A stretch of 43,533 nt of DNA from Candidatus Pacearchaeota archaeon (GTDB lineage: Archaea; Nanobdellota; Nanobdellia; Pacearchaeales; GW2011-AR1), in the NCBI GenBank assembly GCA_017608405.1, contig JAFCFX010000002.1, positions 1-43,533 on the forward strand, given 5' to 3'. Under the pieces are notes generated by a model. The model was given only the letters and a program-made list of their open reading frames with translations, searched no databases and was not told where the DNA came from. How positions within the stretch are numbered: position 1 is the stretch's first letter; every line of letters starts with the position of its first letter. Below, piece after piece: positions 1-10,019 of the stretch. The position numbers and the translations under genes are program-made.

Positions 1-193
1 ATCTTATTCTTTTGTAGAGATATTCATATTGGAGAATTATATTAATACACTTAGTTAAAGCGACTTTTGTTTCCAACAGAATTTTGAGTAGTAGTTTTTT
101 GTCTTTGATTAATGGAAAAGTAACATAAATCATGTGGTCAAGAGTTTGAACTGATTTTTCTACTTCTTGAAGAGTTTCAAGGATTTTTTCCAT
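1..193 (-). CDS. Hypothetical protein, N-terminal part (runs off window edge)
   Basis: Manual translation from ATG at 193: MEKILETLQEVEKSVQTLDHMIYVTFPLIKDKKLLLKILLE..., open to position 1; not in ORF track. Confidence 0.7.
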   Translation of the reverse strand, partial: MEKILETLQEVEKSVQTLDHMIYVTFPLIKDKKLLLKILLETKVALTKCINIILQYEYLYKRIR

Positions 194-312
194 GATTTTC
201 AGAGGTATTTAGAATTAATATTAATTTTGGTGTTGGAAAGTTATAACCAAAAGATTAAATAATAAGTTGCTATTATTTATGTGTATAAATATTGGCAAGG
301 GGAGACCTAAAA

Positions 313-519
313 ATGCGATCAGATGAAATTAAAAAAATAATGAAGAAATATAAGAGAGAATTTGAAATACTTGAAAATTATGATAAAAATAGAGAACTTT
401 CTTTTCAGAGAAAAAGAATAGATGTTACTTTGTCAATTGCAACCATAAACAAATTAAGAGAGTTAAAACAAAGAACCGAAAAGCCCATTTCAAGAATAAT
501 TGAAGAGAAGTTTAGTTAA
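313..519 (+). CDS. Small putative ribbon-helix-helix DNA-binding protein
   Basis: C-terminal RKRIDVTLSIATINKLRELK..PISRIIE fits the RHH strand-helix-helix pattern; ATG 313 lies 29 nt after TATAAATA at 284. Confidence 0.6.
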   Translation: MRSDEIKKIMKKYKREFEILENYDKNRELSFQRKRIDVTLSIATINKLRELKQRTEKPISRIIEEKFS

Positions 520-534
520 GTTATCTCTAGATGA

Positions 535-765
535 TTATTTTTGAGTGTCTATTATTTCTATAGTGGTTCTGTATTTGAATTTTTTTCCTATAGGAAATTT
601 TTGGTTTTGTAAGTCCGTAGCAATTTGTTCTATTGGAGGGGGATCACCTACTCTTCTTTCATCATAATCTTTGCTATCAGTTAGTGTATATATCCTTTTT
701 GTGTTTGTTTCCAACAAAGTACACTCCCCTTCTATTTGAACTTTTTTTACTAATTTTTCTGGCAT
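535..765 (-). CDS. Hypothetical protein (76 aa)
   Basis: ORF fills the gap, TATA-like element upstream; no recognisable motif. Confidence 0.55.
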   Translation of the reverse strand: MPEKLVKKVQIEGECTLLETNTKRIYTLTDSKDYDERRVGDPPPIEQIATDLQNQKFPIGKKFKYRTTIEIIDTQK

Positions 766-814
766 TGTTTAATTAATTATTCCTTATTTTTAAAGAAACC
801 TATACTAGAAAATA

Positions 815-1147
815 CTATTTTGATAATTCTAGAATGGCTTCAGCAAGATCTCCTGTCTTTTCAAGAGCCGCCTTTGCTTCTTCTGCACTTTTCTTTGTTT
901 TTTCCATTACAGTTTTTATGTCATCTTTTGAAATAGTTGGAGCTTGATTTTCTTCTATAATATTTCCTACTACTTGGAAAGTATCTTGGCCCTGCATGTT
1001 GATTTTTGTTACAGAAGGATTTTCAATTATTGTTTTAGTATTGTCTTTTTTCTCAATTATGACTCGTGATGCAGGAATATCTTCTTGAGACATTCCCATT
1101 TGTTTCATTACTGCTTGAATTTTTTTTGGGTTTAATCCGCCTAACAT
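815..1147 (-). CDS. nac: Nascent polypeptide-associated complex protein (archaeal NAC)
   Basis: NPKKIQAVMKQMGM, IENPSVTKINMQGQDTFQV, C-terminal UBA-like GDLAEAILEL. Confidence 0.95.
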   Translation of the reverse strand: MLGGLNPKKIQAVMKQMGMSQEDIPASRVIIEKKDNTKTIIENPSVTKINMQGQDTFQVVGNIIEENQAPTISKDDIKTVMEKTKKSAEEAKAALEKTGDLAEAILELSK

Positions 1148-1148
1148 T

Positions 1149-1310
1149 TTAACTTAAAAATAAGGATAGAGCAATTCTAAATCCAATTATTAATACTATA
1201 AATACAATTACATGTGTTGGTTTTAGATTAAATTTACTTTCATATTCTTCGTTGAATCGCATCAATCCCCCGAAGCCACCAGGCATTTGTACTCTATTAT
1301 CTTGCGCCAT
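1149..1310 (-). CDS. secG: Preprotein translocase subunit Sec61beta (53 aa, below ORF-track cutoff)
   Basis: Manual translation MAQDNRVQMPGGFGGLMRFNEEYESKFNLKPTHVIVFIVLIIGFRIALSLFLS; GL(M)RF..E...K+P then one TM helix is the archaeal Sec61beta signature; stop 1 nt before nac start. Confidence 0.9.
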   Translation of the reverse strand: MAQDNRVQMPGGFGGLMRFNEEYESKFNLKPTHVIVFIVLIIGFRIALSLFLS

Positions 1311-1361
1311 AATTTAGTGAAATACAGATAGTTTTTAAAAGTTGTTATGGGTTATTTTTTC

Positions 1362-3650
1362 ATGATTAAGTATAATTCTAAGGAAGTGGAAGAAAAATGG
1401 AAAAAGTATTGGGAAAAAGAGAAGATTTACAAGTTTAATGGTAAAAGCAAGAAACCTGTTTTTAGTATTGACACTCCTCCACCAACTGTTTCTGGTAAAA
1501 TGCATATGGGTCATGCTTTTTCTTATGCTCAAGAGGATTTTATTGTTAGATTTCAAAGAATGTTTACAGGAAATGTATTTTATCCTTTTGGAACAGATGA
1601 TAATGGTTTACCTACAGAAAGACTTGTTGAAAGACTAAATAAAGTAAAGAGTAAACAAATGTTAAGGGAAAAATTCATAGATTTGTGTTTAAAGACATTA
1701 AAGAAAATAACCCCTGAATTTATTAAAGATTGGAAAGATTTGGGGATCTCTGCTGATTATGATGTTTGTTATTCCACAATTGATAGAAATTCTCAGAGGA
1801 TTTCACAAAAATCATTTATTGAGTTGTATAATAAATCAGAAGTGTATAAAAAAGAATTTCCAACAATTTGGTGTCCTGCATGCCAGACTTCTATTGCTCA
1901 AGCAGAATTAGAAGATAAGGATTTTGATGCACTTTTTTCTACTTTAAAATTTAAGTGTGATGATAAAGATTTACTTATAGCTACAACAAGACCAGAATTA
2001 TTAGGAGCATGTGTTGCAATATTTGTACACCCAGATGATAAAAGATATAAAAAATTGATTGGAAAAAAAGCTAAAGTGCCTTTATTTAACCACGAAGTTC
2101 CAATTATACAAGATAAATCTGCCGAAATTGAAAAAGGAACAGGAGTTTTAATGGTTTGTAGTTATGGGGATAAATTTGATGTTGATGCTATTAATAGGCA
2201 TAAGCTAAAGCCCAGAATTGTTTTAAATAAAGATGGGAGTCTGAACCTTGGCAACTATGAAGGATTGGGGATCAAGGGAGCTCGGAAGAAAATTCTTGAA
2301 GATTTAAAACAAGCTGATTTAATTAAACAACAAAAACAAATAGCACATGTTGTTAATGTTCATGATAAATGTGGCACTGCAATTGAGTTTCTTGAGACAG
2401 AGCAATGGTTTATTAAAATTCTTGATAAGAAAAAGAAATTTGTAGAGCAAGGCAAAAAAATTAATTGGCACCCAAAATTTATGTATAAAAGATATGGAAA
2501 TTGGGTTAGAGGGTTAGAATGGGATTGGAGTATTTCTCGAGAAAGGCATTTTGGGATTCCTATTCCTGTTTGGTATTGTAATGAGTGTAAAAAAACAATT
2601 TTACCTGATGAAAAAGAACTTCCTGTTGATCCTTTACAAACCAAGAAAAAATGTTCTTGTGGGGGACAAGCAATCCCCGAAGAGAAAGTTTTAGATACAT
2701 GGGCAACTTCTAGTTTGACCCCTGAAATTACAAGTTCATTGATTAATAATAAAGTTCAAACTCCTTATTCTTTAAGACCACAGGCACATGACATAATTAG
2801 GACTTGGGCATTTTATACTGTTGTTAAATCTTGGTTACATAAGAAGAAATTGCCTTGGAAAAATGTAATGGTTTCTGGATTTGTTAGATTAAGAGGGGAA
2901 AAAATGAGTAAGAGTAAAGGCAATGTTGTTGAGCCTCAAAAAGTAATGAGTGAATTTGGTTCTGATGCGTTAAGGTTTTGGGCTGCAGGTTCAAGACTTG
3001 GAGAAGATGTAGATTATCAAGAGAAAGATTTAATTGCAGGAAAAAAATTTATCACAAAATTGTTTAATGCTTCAAAATTTGTTTTTATGAATTTGAAAAA
3101 TTATAAGCCAAAGAAAATTAAGTTACTTGAAACAGATAGATTGTTTTTATCTAAATTAAATAAGTTAATTGAAATTTGCACCGAGAGTTTTAAAAATTAT
3201 GAATATAGTAAGGTAAAATTAGAAGCAAGTAATTTTTTCTGGCATTTGTTTTGTGATAATTATTTAGAGGTTGTTAAGAAAAGAGTTTATAATGGAACAA
3301 AACAAGAAAAAGAGTCTGCATTTTTTACTCTTTATAATTCTCTTTTAATAATCTTAAAATTAATGGCCCCAATTACCCCTTTTATTGCTGAAGAGATTTA
3401 TCAAAATTTCTTTAAAAAAACACAGAAGCATAGAAGTATTCATGTTTCTGAATGGCCTAAAAAAATTAAGATAAGCCAGAATAAAGAAGATCTTAAGCTT
3501 TTTGATGAAATAATTAAATTTAATAGCTTTGTTTGGAAAAAGAAAAAAGAAAAATCTATTTCTTTGAGAGATGAAATCTCAGGAATTAAAGTTCCAAAGA
3601 ACTTAATCAAATTTGAGAAAGATTTAATAGCTACGCATAATATTATTTAA
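1362..3650 (+). CDS. valS: Valine--tRNA ligase
   Basis: IDTPPPTVSG, HMGH, DWSISRER, DTWATSS, KMSKS; start moved from 1347 to ATG 1362 by TATA spacing (TTTTAAAA at 1333). Confidence 0.97.
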   Translation: MIKYNSKEVEEKWKKYWEKEKIYKFNGKSKKPVFSIDTPPPTVSGKMHMGHAFSYAQEDFIVRFQRMFTGNVFYPFGTDDNGLPTERLVERLNKVKSKQMLREKFIDLCLKTLKKITPEFIKDWKDLGISADYDVCYSTIDRNSQRISQKSFIELYNKSEVYKKEFPTIWCPACQTSIAQAELEDKDFDALFSTLKFKCDDKDLLIATTRPELLGACVAIFVHPDDKRYKKLIGKKAKVPLFNHEVPIIQDKSAEIEKGTGVLMVCSYGDKFDVDAINRHKLKPRIVLNKDGSLNLGNYEGLGIKGARKKILEDLKQADLIKQQKQIAHVVNVHDKCGTAIEFLETEQWFIKILDKKKKFVEQGKKINWHPKFMYKRYGNWVRGLEWDWSISRERHFGIPIPVWYCNECKKTILPDEKELPVDPLQTKKKCSCGGQAIPEEKVLDTWATSSLTPEITSSLINNKVQTPYSLRPQAHDIIRTWAFYTVVKSWLHKKKLPWKNVMVSGFVRLRGEKMSKSKGNVVEPQKVMSEFGSDALRFWAAGSRLGEDVDYQEKDLIAGKKFITKLFNASKFVFMNLKNYKPKKIKLLETDRLFLSKLNKLIEICTESFKNYEYSKVKLEASNFFWHLFCDNYLEVVKKRVYNGTKQEKESAFFTLYNSLLIILKLMAPITPFIAEEIYQNFFKKTQKHRSIHVSEWPKKIKISQNKEDLKLFDEIIKFNSFVWKKKKEKSISLRDEISGIKVPKNLIKFEKDLIATHNII

Positions 3651-3651
3651 G

Positions 3652-4740
3652 ATGGCGGCAATAACGAGAGATGAACTTGAAGAGGTTGTTGAAAAATTAG
3701 TAGCATATAAAGGTAGGCATACTGAATTAATTACCGTGTATATTGCTGCAGGTTATGATGTAAATTCTGTGCAAAAGCAACTTGAAGCAGAAAAGAGTAC
3801 AGCCAAGAACATTAAATCAACTTCAACACGCAAAAATGTTACTGAAGCTTTAGAGAAGATTGTGCGACATCTTAAAACCTTAAAGAAAACTCCTAAAAAT
3901 GGATTAGCTTTATTTTGTGGAAATGTGTCTAAGGTTGAAGGTCAACAAGATTTGCAATTATGGGATATTGAACCTCCAATGCCGGTTAAAATTAGGTTAT
4001 ATAGGTGTGATAAAGAATTTGTTCTAGGTCCTCTGCAAGAATTGCTCGAAGTTTCTGAAATTTTTGGTTTGCTGGTTATGGATAGGAAAGAGGCAACTAT
4101 TGGACTTTTAGAAGGAAAAAGAATAGAACTTTTACAGAAAATGACTTCGGGAATTCCTTCTAAAGTTAGGGCTGGGGGCCAAAGTTCTCAGAGATTTCAT
4201 AGGATTACAGAGGGGCTTACTAAGGATTTTTACAAGAGGATTGCAGATGAAATGAAGAAAATCTTTTTTAATAATGTGAAATTAAAAGGGATTTTAGTTG
4301 GAGGACCAATTCCAACTAAAGATGAATTTTTAGATAATGAATATTTAGTTACTAAACTAAAAGAAAAAGTTATTGGGAGAATTGATTTAGGAGATACATC
4401 TGAATCTGGGCTTAAGGAACTTGTGCAAAAAGCCCAAGAGATTTTATCAGATCAAGAGATAATTCATGAAAAAAAGATTTTAGAAAGATATTTTAATACT
4501 TTAGGAGAAAAACCAGAGATGGCGACTTTAAAGGAGCCAGACACAAAACAAGCTCTTGAATATGGGGCTGTAGATGTTTTGATTTTATCTAAGAATTTTA
4601 ATAAGGCAACAGCAAAAAAATTAAGGAAGATTGCTGATAAGATTGGTTCGATTGTTGAAGTTGTTTCGATAGAGACAGAAGAAGGTCAACAATTTGATAA
4701 TTTAGGGGGAGTTGGGAGTATTTTAAGGTTTAAGGTTTAA
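3652..4740 (+). CDS. prf1: Peptide chain release factor aRF1
   Basis: NIKS, YRCDKEF, GGQS motifs, C-terminal GGVGSILRF. Confidence 0.97.
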   Translation: MAAITRDELEEVVEKLVAYKGRHTELITVYIAAGYDVNSVQKQLEAEKSTAKNIKSTSTRKNVTEALEKIVRHLKTLKKTPKNGLALFCGNVSKVEGQQDLQLWDIEPPMPVKIRLYRCDKEFVLGPLQELLEVSEIFGLLVMDRKEATIGLLEGKRIELLQKMTSGIPSKVRAGGQSSQRFHRITEGLTKDFYKRIADEMKKIFFNNVKLKGILVGGPIPTKDEFLDNEYLVTKLKEKVIGRIDLGDTSESGLKELVQKAQEILSDQEIIHEKKILERYFNTLGEKPEMATLKEPDTKQALEYGAVDVLILSKNFNKATAKKLRKIADKIGSIVEVVSIETEEGQQFDNLGGVGSILRFKV

Positions 4741-4773
4741 AATATTTAAAAACTGGTTTTCATTATCTTTTCT

Positions 4774-6243
4774 ATGGCAAGGAATTATGTTGAATGGTTT
4801 GTTGATTTTGTGAAGAAAAATAAGTTTTTGTGTTTAGTATTTTTACTATCTACTCTTTTCTTATTTTTTCAACATTATAAACATTTGACATGGGATTTTT
4901 CTTCTTATGTTTTAAATGCCAAATATCTTTTTTATGGGGGAAGTTACTTTGAAATATTAAGGCCGCCTCTTGTGTCTGTAATTTTGGGCCTCTTTTTGTT
5001 TTTAGGAACAATGTCTCAATATATTTTTATCTTGATTACTTCTTTATTATTTTTTATAGCAACAGTTGTTTTGTCAGATACTATTTTTAGAGAAAAAAGT
5101 ATTAAGAAAGAAACTGCACGATTCTTATTTTATTTTTTTAGTTTGAGTGCATATGTTTTAAGTTATGCTGTGATAGCAGGTACAGAACTTCTTAGCTTAT
5201 CTTTTTTGTACCTTTTTATTGCATTTGTTTTGAAAAAGAAAGTTTCTGGGCATTTTTTAGGTTTGGGTATTTTGGCAAGATATAATTTGTTTATGTTTGT
5301 TCCTTTTTTGTTTTTTAGTAAAAGTTATAAAATTATTTTGAAAAATATTGGTCTGGCTTTTTTAGTACTTGCCCCTTGGTTGTTATTTAATTATTTTAAA
5401 TATGGAAATTTTATGGCAAGTATTATTGATTCTCTAACTTTGAATATTTTAAATAGAGATTATTTGTTTGAACCTTTTATTCTTGCTCCTTTATTTGCTG
5501 TTATAGGGGTGTTTTTGCCTTTCTTTTTAGTTGGACTTATTTTAGCCATAAAGAGGATAATTAAGAATAAAGGATATAGATATGAAAATATTGTTTTGTT
5601 ATTAATAGTATTTTTAGTGTTGTATGATTTTATTACAAATCCTCAAAAGGATGTAAGATTCTTGTTTAATTTGATATTACCTGTAGCATATTTTTCTACT
5701 CTTGGATTTTGTTTTTTGATTAATAGATTTAAAAATGTTGAAAAAGTAGGGGCTTATTCTGTTTTAGCTTTATTTGTTATTTTCTTGGTTATGGTTTTTG
5801 GTTTATTCTATAACACTAATAATTTGGACCCGAGAATTGGACTTAAAGATGCAGCAGATGATATTTACTTGTTGAAATTAGAAAATTGCGAAATTCTTTC
5901 TCCTTCCTGGGTTTCTGTCTCTTACTATACTGAGAATGTTTACCCTTTTCATGATGGTTCAATAAAAGATTTAGTTGAACAAAATAAAACTATATTGATT
6001 TTTAAAGATGAGAATTCTATAGACTTTTCTATACGCAATTTTGATAATTTTAAGGATTTGGTGTTGTATGAGACAGAAGAATATGTTTTTTATTCTAATG
6101 GACCTGATAATTGTGCAGAAAAATATGTTTATGATATTCCTTATACTCGCTATGAATTTTGTCCTAACTTAGCTAGGAAATTTGAAAAGTTTGGGTTAAA
6201 AGAGTCTTTTGAGAAAATCTGTTTTATCTTTAATAAGAACTGA
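4774..6243 (+). CDS. Polytopic GT-C fold glycosyltransferase (ArnT/PMT-like)
   Basis: Many TM helices, WDFSSY, RPPL, TE motif, KDVRFL, soluble C-terminal domain. Confidence 0.7.
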   Translation: MARNYVEWFVDFVKKNKFLCLVFLLSTLFLFFQHYKHLTWDFSSYVLNAKYLFYGGSYFEILRPPLVSVILGLFLFLGTMSQYIFILITSLLFFIATVVLSDTIFREKSIKKETARFLFYFFSLSAYVLSYAVIAGTELLSLSFLYLFIAFVLKKKVSGHFLGLGILARYNLFMFVPFLFFSKSYKIILKNIGLAFLVLAPWLLFNYFKYGNFMASIIDSLTLNILNRDYLFEPFILAPLFAVIGVFLPFFLVGLILAIKRIIKNKGYRYENIVLLLIVFLVLYDFITNPQKDVRFLFNLILPVAYFSTLGFCFLINRFKNVEKVGAYSVLALFVIFLVMVFGLFYNTNNLDPRIGLKDAADDIYLLKLENCEILSPSWVSVSYYTENVYPFHDGSIKDLVEQNKTILIFKDENSIDFSIRNFDNFKDLVLYETEEYVFYSNGPDNCAEKYVYDIPYTRYEFCPNLARKFEKFGLKESFEKICFIFNKN

Positions 6244-6288
6244 AAATCAACATCTTGATAAAATAACTTCTTTGGATTGTTGATTTCA
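6241..6288. repeat. Imperfect inverted repeat at end of GT-C gene (possible terminator hairpin)
   Basis: TGAAAATCAACA (6241-6252) pairs with TGTTGATTTCA (6278-6288). Confidence 0.4.
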
Positions 6289-6323
6289 ATAATCCTTATA
6301 AACAGTGTTTTTTTCTATCAAGT

Positions 6324-6902
6324 ATGAAGGTGACAAGCAAGACTTTGGGTGAGGTTGATGAAGCAAGGGAAAAAGAGGATTTAAAGAAACTTGAAGCAGT
6401 ATTTTTTGTTTCTGGGAGATTTTTAAATATGCAAGAATTGATCTCTCTTTCTGATTTAAACCCGGTTATTCTTGAAGATTTAATTTCAAAATTAAGAGAA
6501 AAATATGATCAAACTGATTCTGCAATTGAAATTATTGAAAAAGCAGGAATGTGGAAAATGGATGTTAGGCCAGATCATTCTAATATTATTAATAAACTTG
6601 CAACAGGCAAGTCAGAGTTTTCTAAAGCAGAGCAAGAAACTCTTGCAATTATTGCATTTAAACAGCCAATTAAACAGTCTGTGATAGTTAAGATTAGAGG
6701 AAATAAAGCTTATGATCATGTTAAAAAATTTGTTGATTTAGATTTAATTAGGAAGAAGAAAATGGGGCATACTAGTGAATTAAGTTTAAGAGAAGATTTT
6801 TATGATTATTTTAATGTTTCTAGTTTTGATAACCCTTTAATAGAGGTTAAAAAAAGAGACGATTTGAAAGAGGTGAATAAGATAGAAAAGGAGGAGGGAT
6901 AA
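6324..6902 (+). CDS. scpB: SMC-Scp complex subunit ScpB
   Basis: LEAVFFVSG, ETLAIIAFKQPI, IRG..AYDHV, F.DYF. Confidence 0.93.
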   Translation: MKVTSKTLGEVDEAREKEDLKKLEAVFFVSGRFLNMQELISLSDLNPVILEDLISKLREKYDQTDSAIEIIEKAGMWKMDVRPDHSNIINKLATGKSEFSKAEQETLAIIAFKQPIKQSVIVKIRGNKAYDHVKKFVDLDLIRKKKMGHTSELSLREDFYDYFNVSSFDNPLIEVKKRDDLKEVNKIEKEEG

Positions 6903-8183
6903 ATGAGTTTGCATACAACCCTTATCTATATTTTATCTTTTCTTGCTTTTTTTGTTACTTCTTTTTATATCTTAAGCATGCGGGATTATTATAAAAGGAG
7001 GAAAGTTCCCCTTGAAGCGACTGATAAGACAGTTACTATTATTATCCCCGCCTATAATGAAGAGGAAAGTATTGAGAAAACAATTGAATCTGCTTTAGCA
7101 CTTGATTATCCTAAAAATAAATTTGAAATAATAGTTGTAGATGATGGGAGTAATGATAAGACTTATGAATTAGCTAAAAAATATGTTTCTTCTAAAGATG
7201 TTCGTGTTCGTGTTTTCACTAAAAAAAATAATGGAAAGGGTTCTGCATTAAATTTTGCAATTAAACGTTCTAAAAAGGATATAATTATTTCTATGGATGC
7301 TGATACTTTTGCAGAGCCTCCTGCTCTGAAAAGAATGGTTGCACAATTTTATCATGATAAAGTTATGTCTGTTGCCCCTTCTATGGGAGTGTATAAACCA
7401 AAAGGAATACTCCAGAGAATACAACATATAGAATATTATCTTGGGGTTTTTCTTAGAAAAGCTTTTGCTTCTGTAGATGCTGTTCATGTTACTCCTGGAG
7501 CTTTTTCTGCATATAGGAGAAGTTTTTTTGTTAAATATGGAGGTTATGATGAAGGAAATATTACAGAAGATTTAGAAATTGCTTTGAGAATACAAAGTCA
7601 TGATTATGTAATAGAAAATGCTGCTAGAGCCTCGGTTTATACAATTGCCCCAAAAACATTGAGGGGGGTGATTATTCAGAGAAGGAGGTGGTATGTTGGG
7701 TGGATGAGGAATTTTTGGAATTATAAAAGACTCTTTGGGATTAAAAAAGGAGTTTTGGGGACCATTACTCTTCCTATGGCATTTATTTCAATTTTTTTAA
7801 GTATTACTTTGACAATTTATTCCCTTATCAAGGTTTTAGGAGAAATAAGAAAAGAACTCTCATTTTTAGAATCAATTAATTTTGAATTTGACAATATTTT
7901 TGAACTGAGCCAATATGTTTCTAAAGAGTTTTTTGTGAAGATGTTTTACACTTTATTTACTCAACCTGTTTTTTTTATAGCTCTTTTTTCTGTGGGGATG
8001 GTGGTATTTTACTTGGTTTTTTCAAGAAAAAAAATGCATTATAAGGAAAAAATATTTTTCAATGCTTTAATCTTTGTATTTTCTTATGCTGCATCATATA
8101 GTTTTTGGTGGCTTATAGCAATTGTTTATGTAATATTTAATAGAAAAATAGTTTGGAGGGGCAAATATGGTAAAAAGGTTTGA
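6903..8183 (+). CDS. GT2 processive glycosyltransferase (IcaA/cellulose synthase-like)
   Basis: IPAYNEE, VDDGS, KGSALN, DAD, TED, QRRRW, C-terminal TM helices. Confidence 0.92.
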   Translation: MSLHTTLIYILSFLAFFVTSFYILSMRDYYKRRKVPLEATDKTVTIIIPAYNEEESIEKTIESALALDYPKNKFEIIVVDDGSNDKTYELAKKYVSSKDVRVRVFTKKNNGKGSALNFAIKRSKKDIIISMDADTFAEPPALKRMVAQFYHDKVMSVAPSMGVYKPKGILQRIQHIEYYLGVFLRKAFASVDAVHVTPGAFSAYRRSFFVKYGGYDEGNITEDLEIALRIQSHDYVIENAARASVYTIAPKTLRGVIIQRRRWYVGWMRNFWNYKRLFGIKKGVLGTITLPMAFISIFLSITLTIYSLIKVLGEIRKELSFLESINFEFDNIFELSQYVSKEFFVKMFYTLFTQPVFFIALFSVGMVVFYLVFSRKKMHYKEKIFFNALIFVFSYAASYSFWWLIAIVYVIFNRKIVWRGKYGKKV

Positions 8184-8835
8184 GAGGCCAGTGATTATTA
8201 GGCTAATTTTATCCTTGATGATTGCGATAATTGTTTTTTCTGGAATTTTTTTATTAGCCAATTCAATTTCTTATCTTAATTATAAGTCTATTGGTTCTCA
8301 AAACAATCTTATTGGAGATTATGTTTCTGACATAAACAGTCGTTTAGAAAATTTTGTTTGTTCAGACACTCTTCTTTTTGAAGCTTCTCAAATGTTAGAT
8401 GATGTGGGGGTTCAGATAGGGATTTTAGAAAAACGATTTGGGAAAAATGATGAAAGAGTTCTTTCTCAAAAACAATTTTATAGCTCACTAGAACATGCCC
8501 ATTTTAAGATTGTTAATCGGCTTATTGTGGAGTGTGGTCATAACTTTACAACGATCTTGTTTTTCTATTCTAATGCAGAAGAAGTGGAGGAGGAAAGTGA
8601 GAGAACAGGATACATCTTAAGTTCTTTTAAGGAGAAGTATTTTGAGACCACCATGGTTTATTCTTTTGATTATAATATGAATTTTGAACTAATAGATGAT
8701 CTTAAGCAACAATATAATGTAACTTGGGCTCCTCTGGTTGTTGTTGATGGAGGAGAACCTTTTTATGTAGGGAATATACAAGATCTAGAAAAACAAGAAG
8801 CAGGGGGGAAACAAGGAGTAATATATCTAAATTAA
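8167..8835 (+). CDS. Membrane-anchored protein with thioredoxin-like C-terminal domain (no CxxC)
   Basis: N-terminal TM; ILFFYS..VYSFD..YNV..APLVVVDG pattern; overlaps GT2 stop. Confidence 0.6.
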   Translation: MVKRFERPVIIRLILSLMIAIIVFSGIFLLANSISYLNYKSIGSQNNLIGDYVSDINSRLENFVCSDTLLFEASQMLDDVGVQIGILEKRFGKNDERVLSQKQFYSSLEHAHFKIVNRLIVECGHNFTTILFFYSNAEEVEEESERTGYILSSFKEKYFETTMVYSFDYNMNFELIDDLKQQYNVTWAPLVVVDGGEPFYVGNIQDLEKQEAGGKQGVIYLN

Positions 8836-8887
8836 ATATGTTTTTTCACCATATAAATCTTAAAAAAGCTTTATGACAGGTAGTTTT

Positions 8888-9673
8888 ATGACTGAATGCT
8901 GTAAATGTGGAGTTTCAGGGGAAAGAGCAAGACTTTTTGATGCAATTGGAGATGAAGGGGTTGTTCAAATTTGTGAAAAATGTTCTTTTGGAACTAGCAT
9001 GCCAATTATAAGGAAGCCTACAGATTTTCAAATTAAGAAAGCAGAAAAAAAGCAAACAGTTTATGAGAAACTTGCTGGAACTGCGGGAATTGATGTTCAG
9101 AAACACCAAGTAGCTATTTCTGGTGTGAAGACAAATGATCGTTTAGAAAAGCAAGAAACTAGCTTAAGAGATATTGTTGATAGAAATCTTGAAATGAATC
9201 TTCCAGAAAAACCAGCGCCTAATCCTAATCTTGTTGATAATTTTCATTGGATTCTTATGAGGGCCCGAAGAAAAAGGAAACTTACTCAATTTCAGATTGC
9301 TAAAGAACTTACAGAACCTATAACTGCAATTAAAATGGCAGAGCAAGGAATTTTGCCTGAAGATAATTATCAACTGTTGAGTAAACTTGAAAGTTTTTTT
9401 GGGGTTAATCTTATGAAAAGAGAAATTGTTAAGAGACCAATTCAAGAAAAACCAAAGAGACTTGGATTTGATGCAGATGCTACAAAGACTTTGACTATTT
9501 CTGATTTAAAGGAAATGGATAAAGGTCATGAAGAAGAGATTTTTGCTCAAGAGCCAACTTCTGTTGAAGAGGGGGTTGAAGATATTAATTTAATTAACCA
9601 AGAAATTGTAGATATAGAAGATGTAGAGGATATTTCTAAGGAAGATATAGATGATTTAATTCATAAGAAGTAA
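8888..9673 (+). CDS. aMBF1-like Zn-ribbon/HTH protein with acidic tail
   Basis: CCKC..ICEKC, LVDNFHWILMRARRKRKLTQFQIAKEL..E.G.LP HTH; start 8888 by TATA spacing. Confidence 0.75.
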   Translation: MTECCKCGVSGERARLFDAIGDEGVVQICEKCSFGTSMPIIRKPTDFQIKKAEKKQTVYEKLAGTAGIDVQKHQVAISGVKTNDRLEKQETSLRDIVDRNLEMNLPEKPAPNPNLVDNFHWILMRARRKRKLTQFQIAKELTEPITAIKMAEQGILPEDNYQLLSKLESFFGVNLMKREIVKRPIQEKPKRLGFDADATKTLTISDLKEMDKGHEEEIFAQEPTSVEEGVEDINLINQEIVDIEDVEDISKEDIDDLIHKK

Positions 9674-9682
9674 AACACAATC

Positions 9683-9690
9683 TTTATAAA
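9683..9690 (+). promoter_or_regulatory. TATA box of rpoL (representative of leaderless promoters)
   Basis: TTTATAAA starting 29 nt before ATG; same spacing at many genes in the window. Confidence 0.7.
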
Positions 9691-9711
9691 TCAAAATAGA
9701 GACTTTTTACT

Positions 9712-9975
9712 ATGGAAATGAATATTCTTAAGAGTTCAAAAGATGAAATAGAACTTGAGTTTGAAAGCCTTACTTTAGTAGAGATTTTAAGAGTTTATCT
9801 TAATAAAGATTCTGCAGTAACTTTTACAGCATGGAAAAGAAATCATCCAACTGAGAAGCCAGTTCTTAAGGTTAAAGCGAAGGGAAAAATAGCGATTAAA
9901 GCTGTTGATGATGCTGTTTCTGCAATTTCAAAAGATTTAGATAAGTTAGGAGCTGGTTTTAAAAAGATGAAGTAA
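9712..9975 (+). CDS. rpoL: DNA-directed RNA polymerase subunit L (Rpo11)
   Basis: TLVEILRVYL..V.F.AWKRNHP...PVLKV. Confidence 0.88.
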   Translation: MEMNILKSSKDEIELEFESLTLVEILRVYLNKDSAVTFTAWKRNHPTEKPVLKVKAKGKIAIKAVDDAVSAISKDLDKLGAGFKKMK

Positions 9976-10019
9976 TTCATCATGATAATATTTATTAATA
10001 CTTGCAATTATCTTTGATA

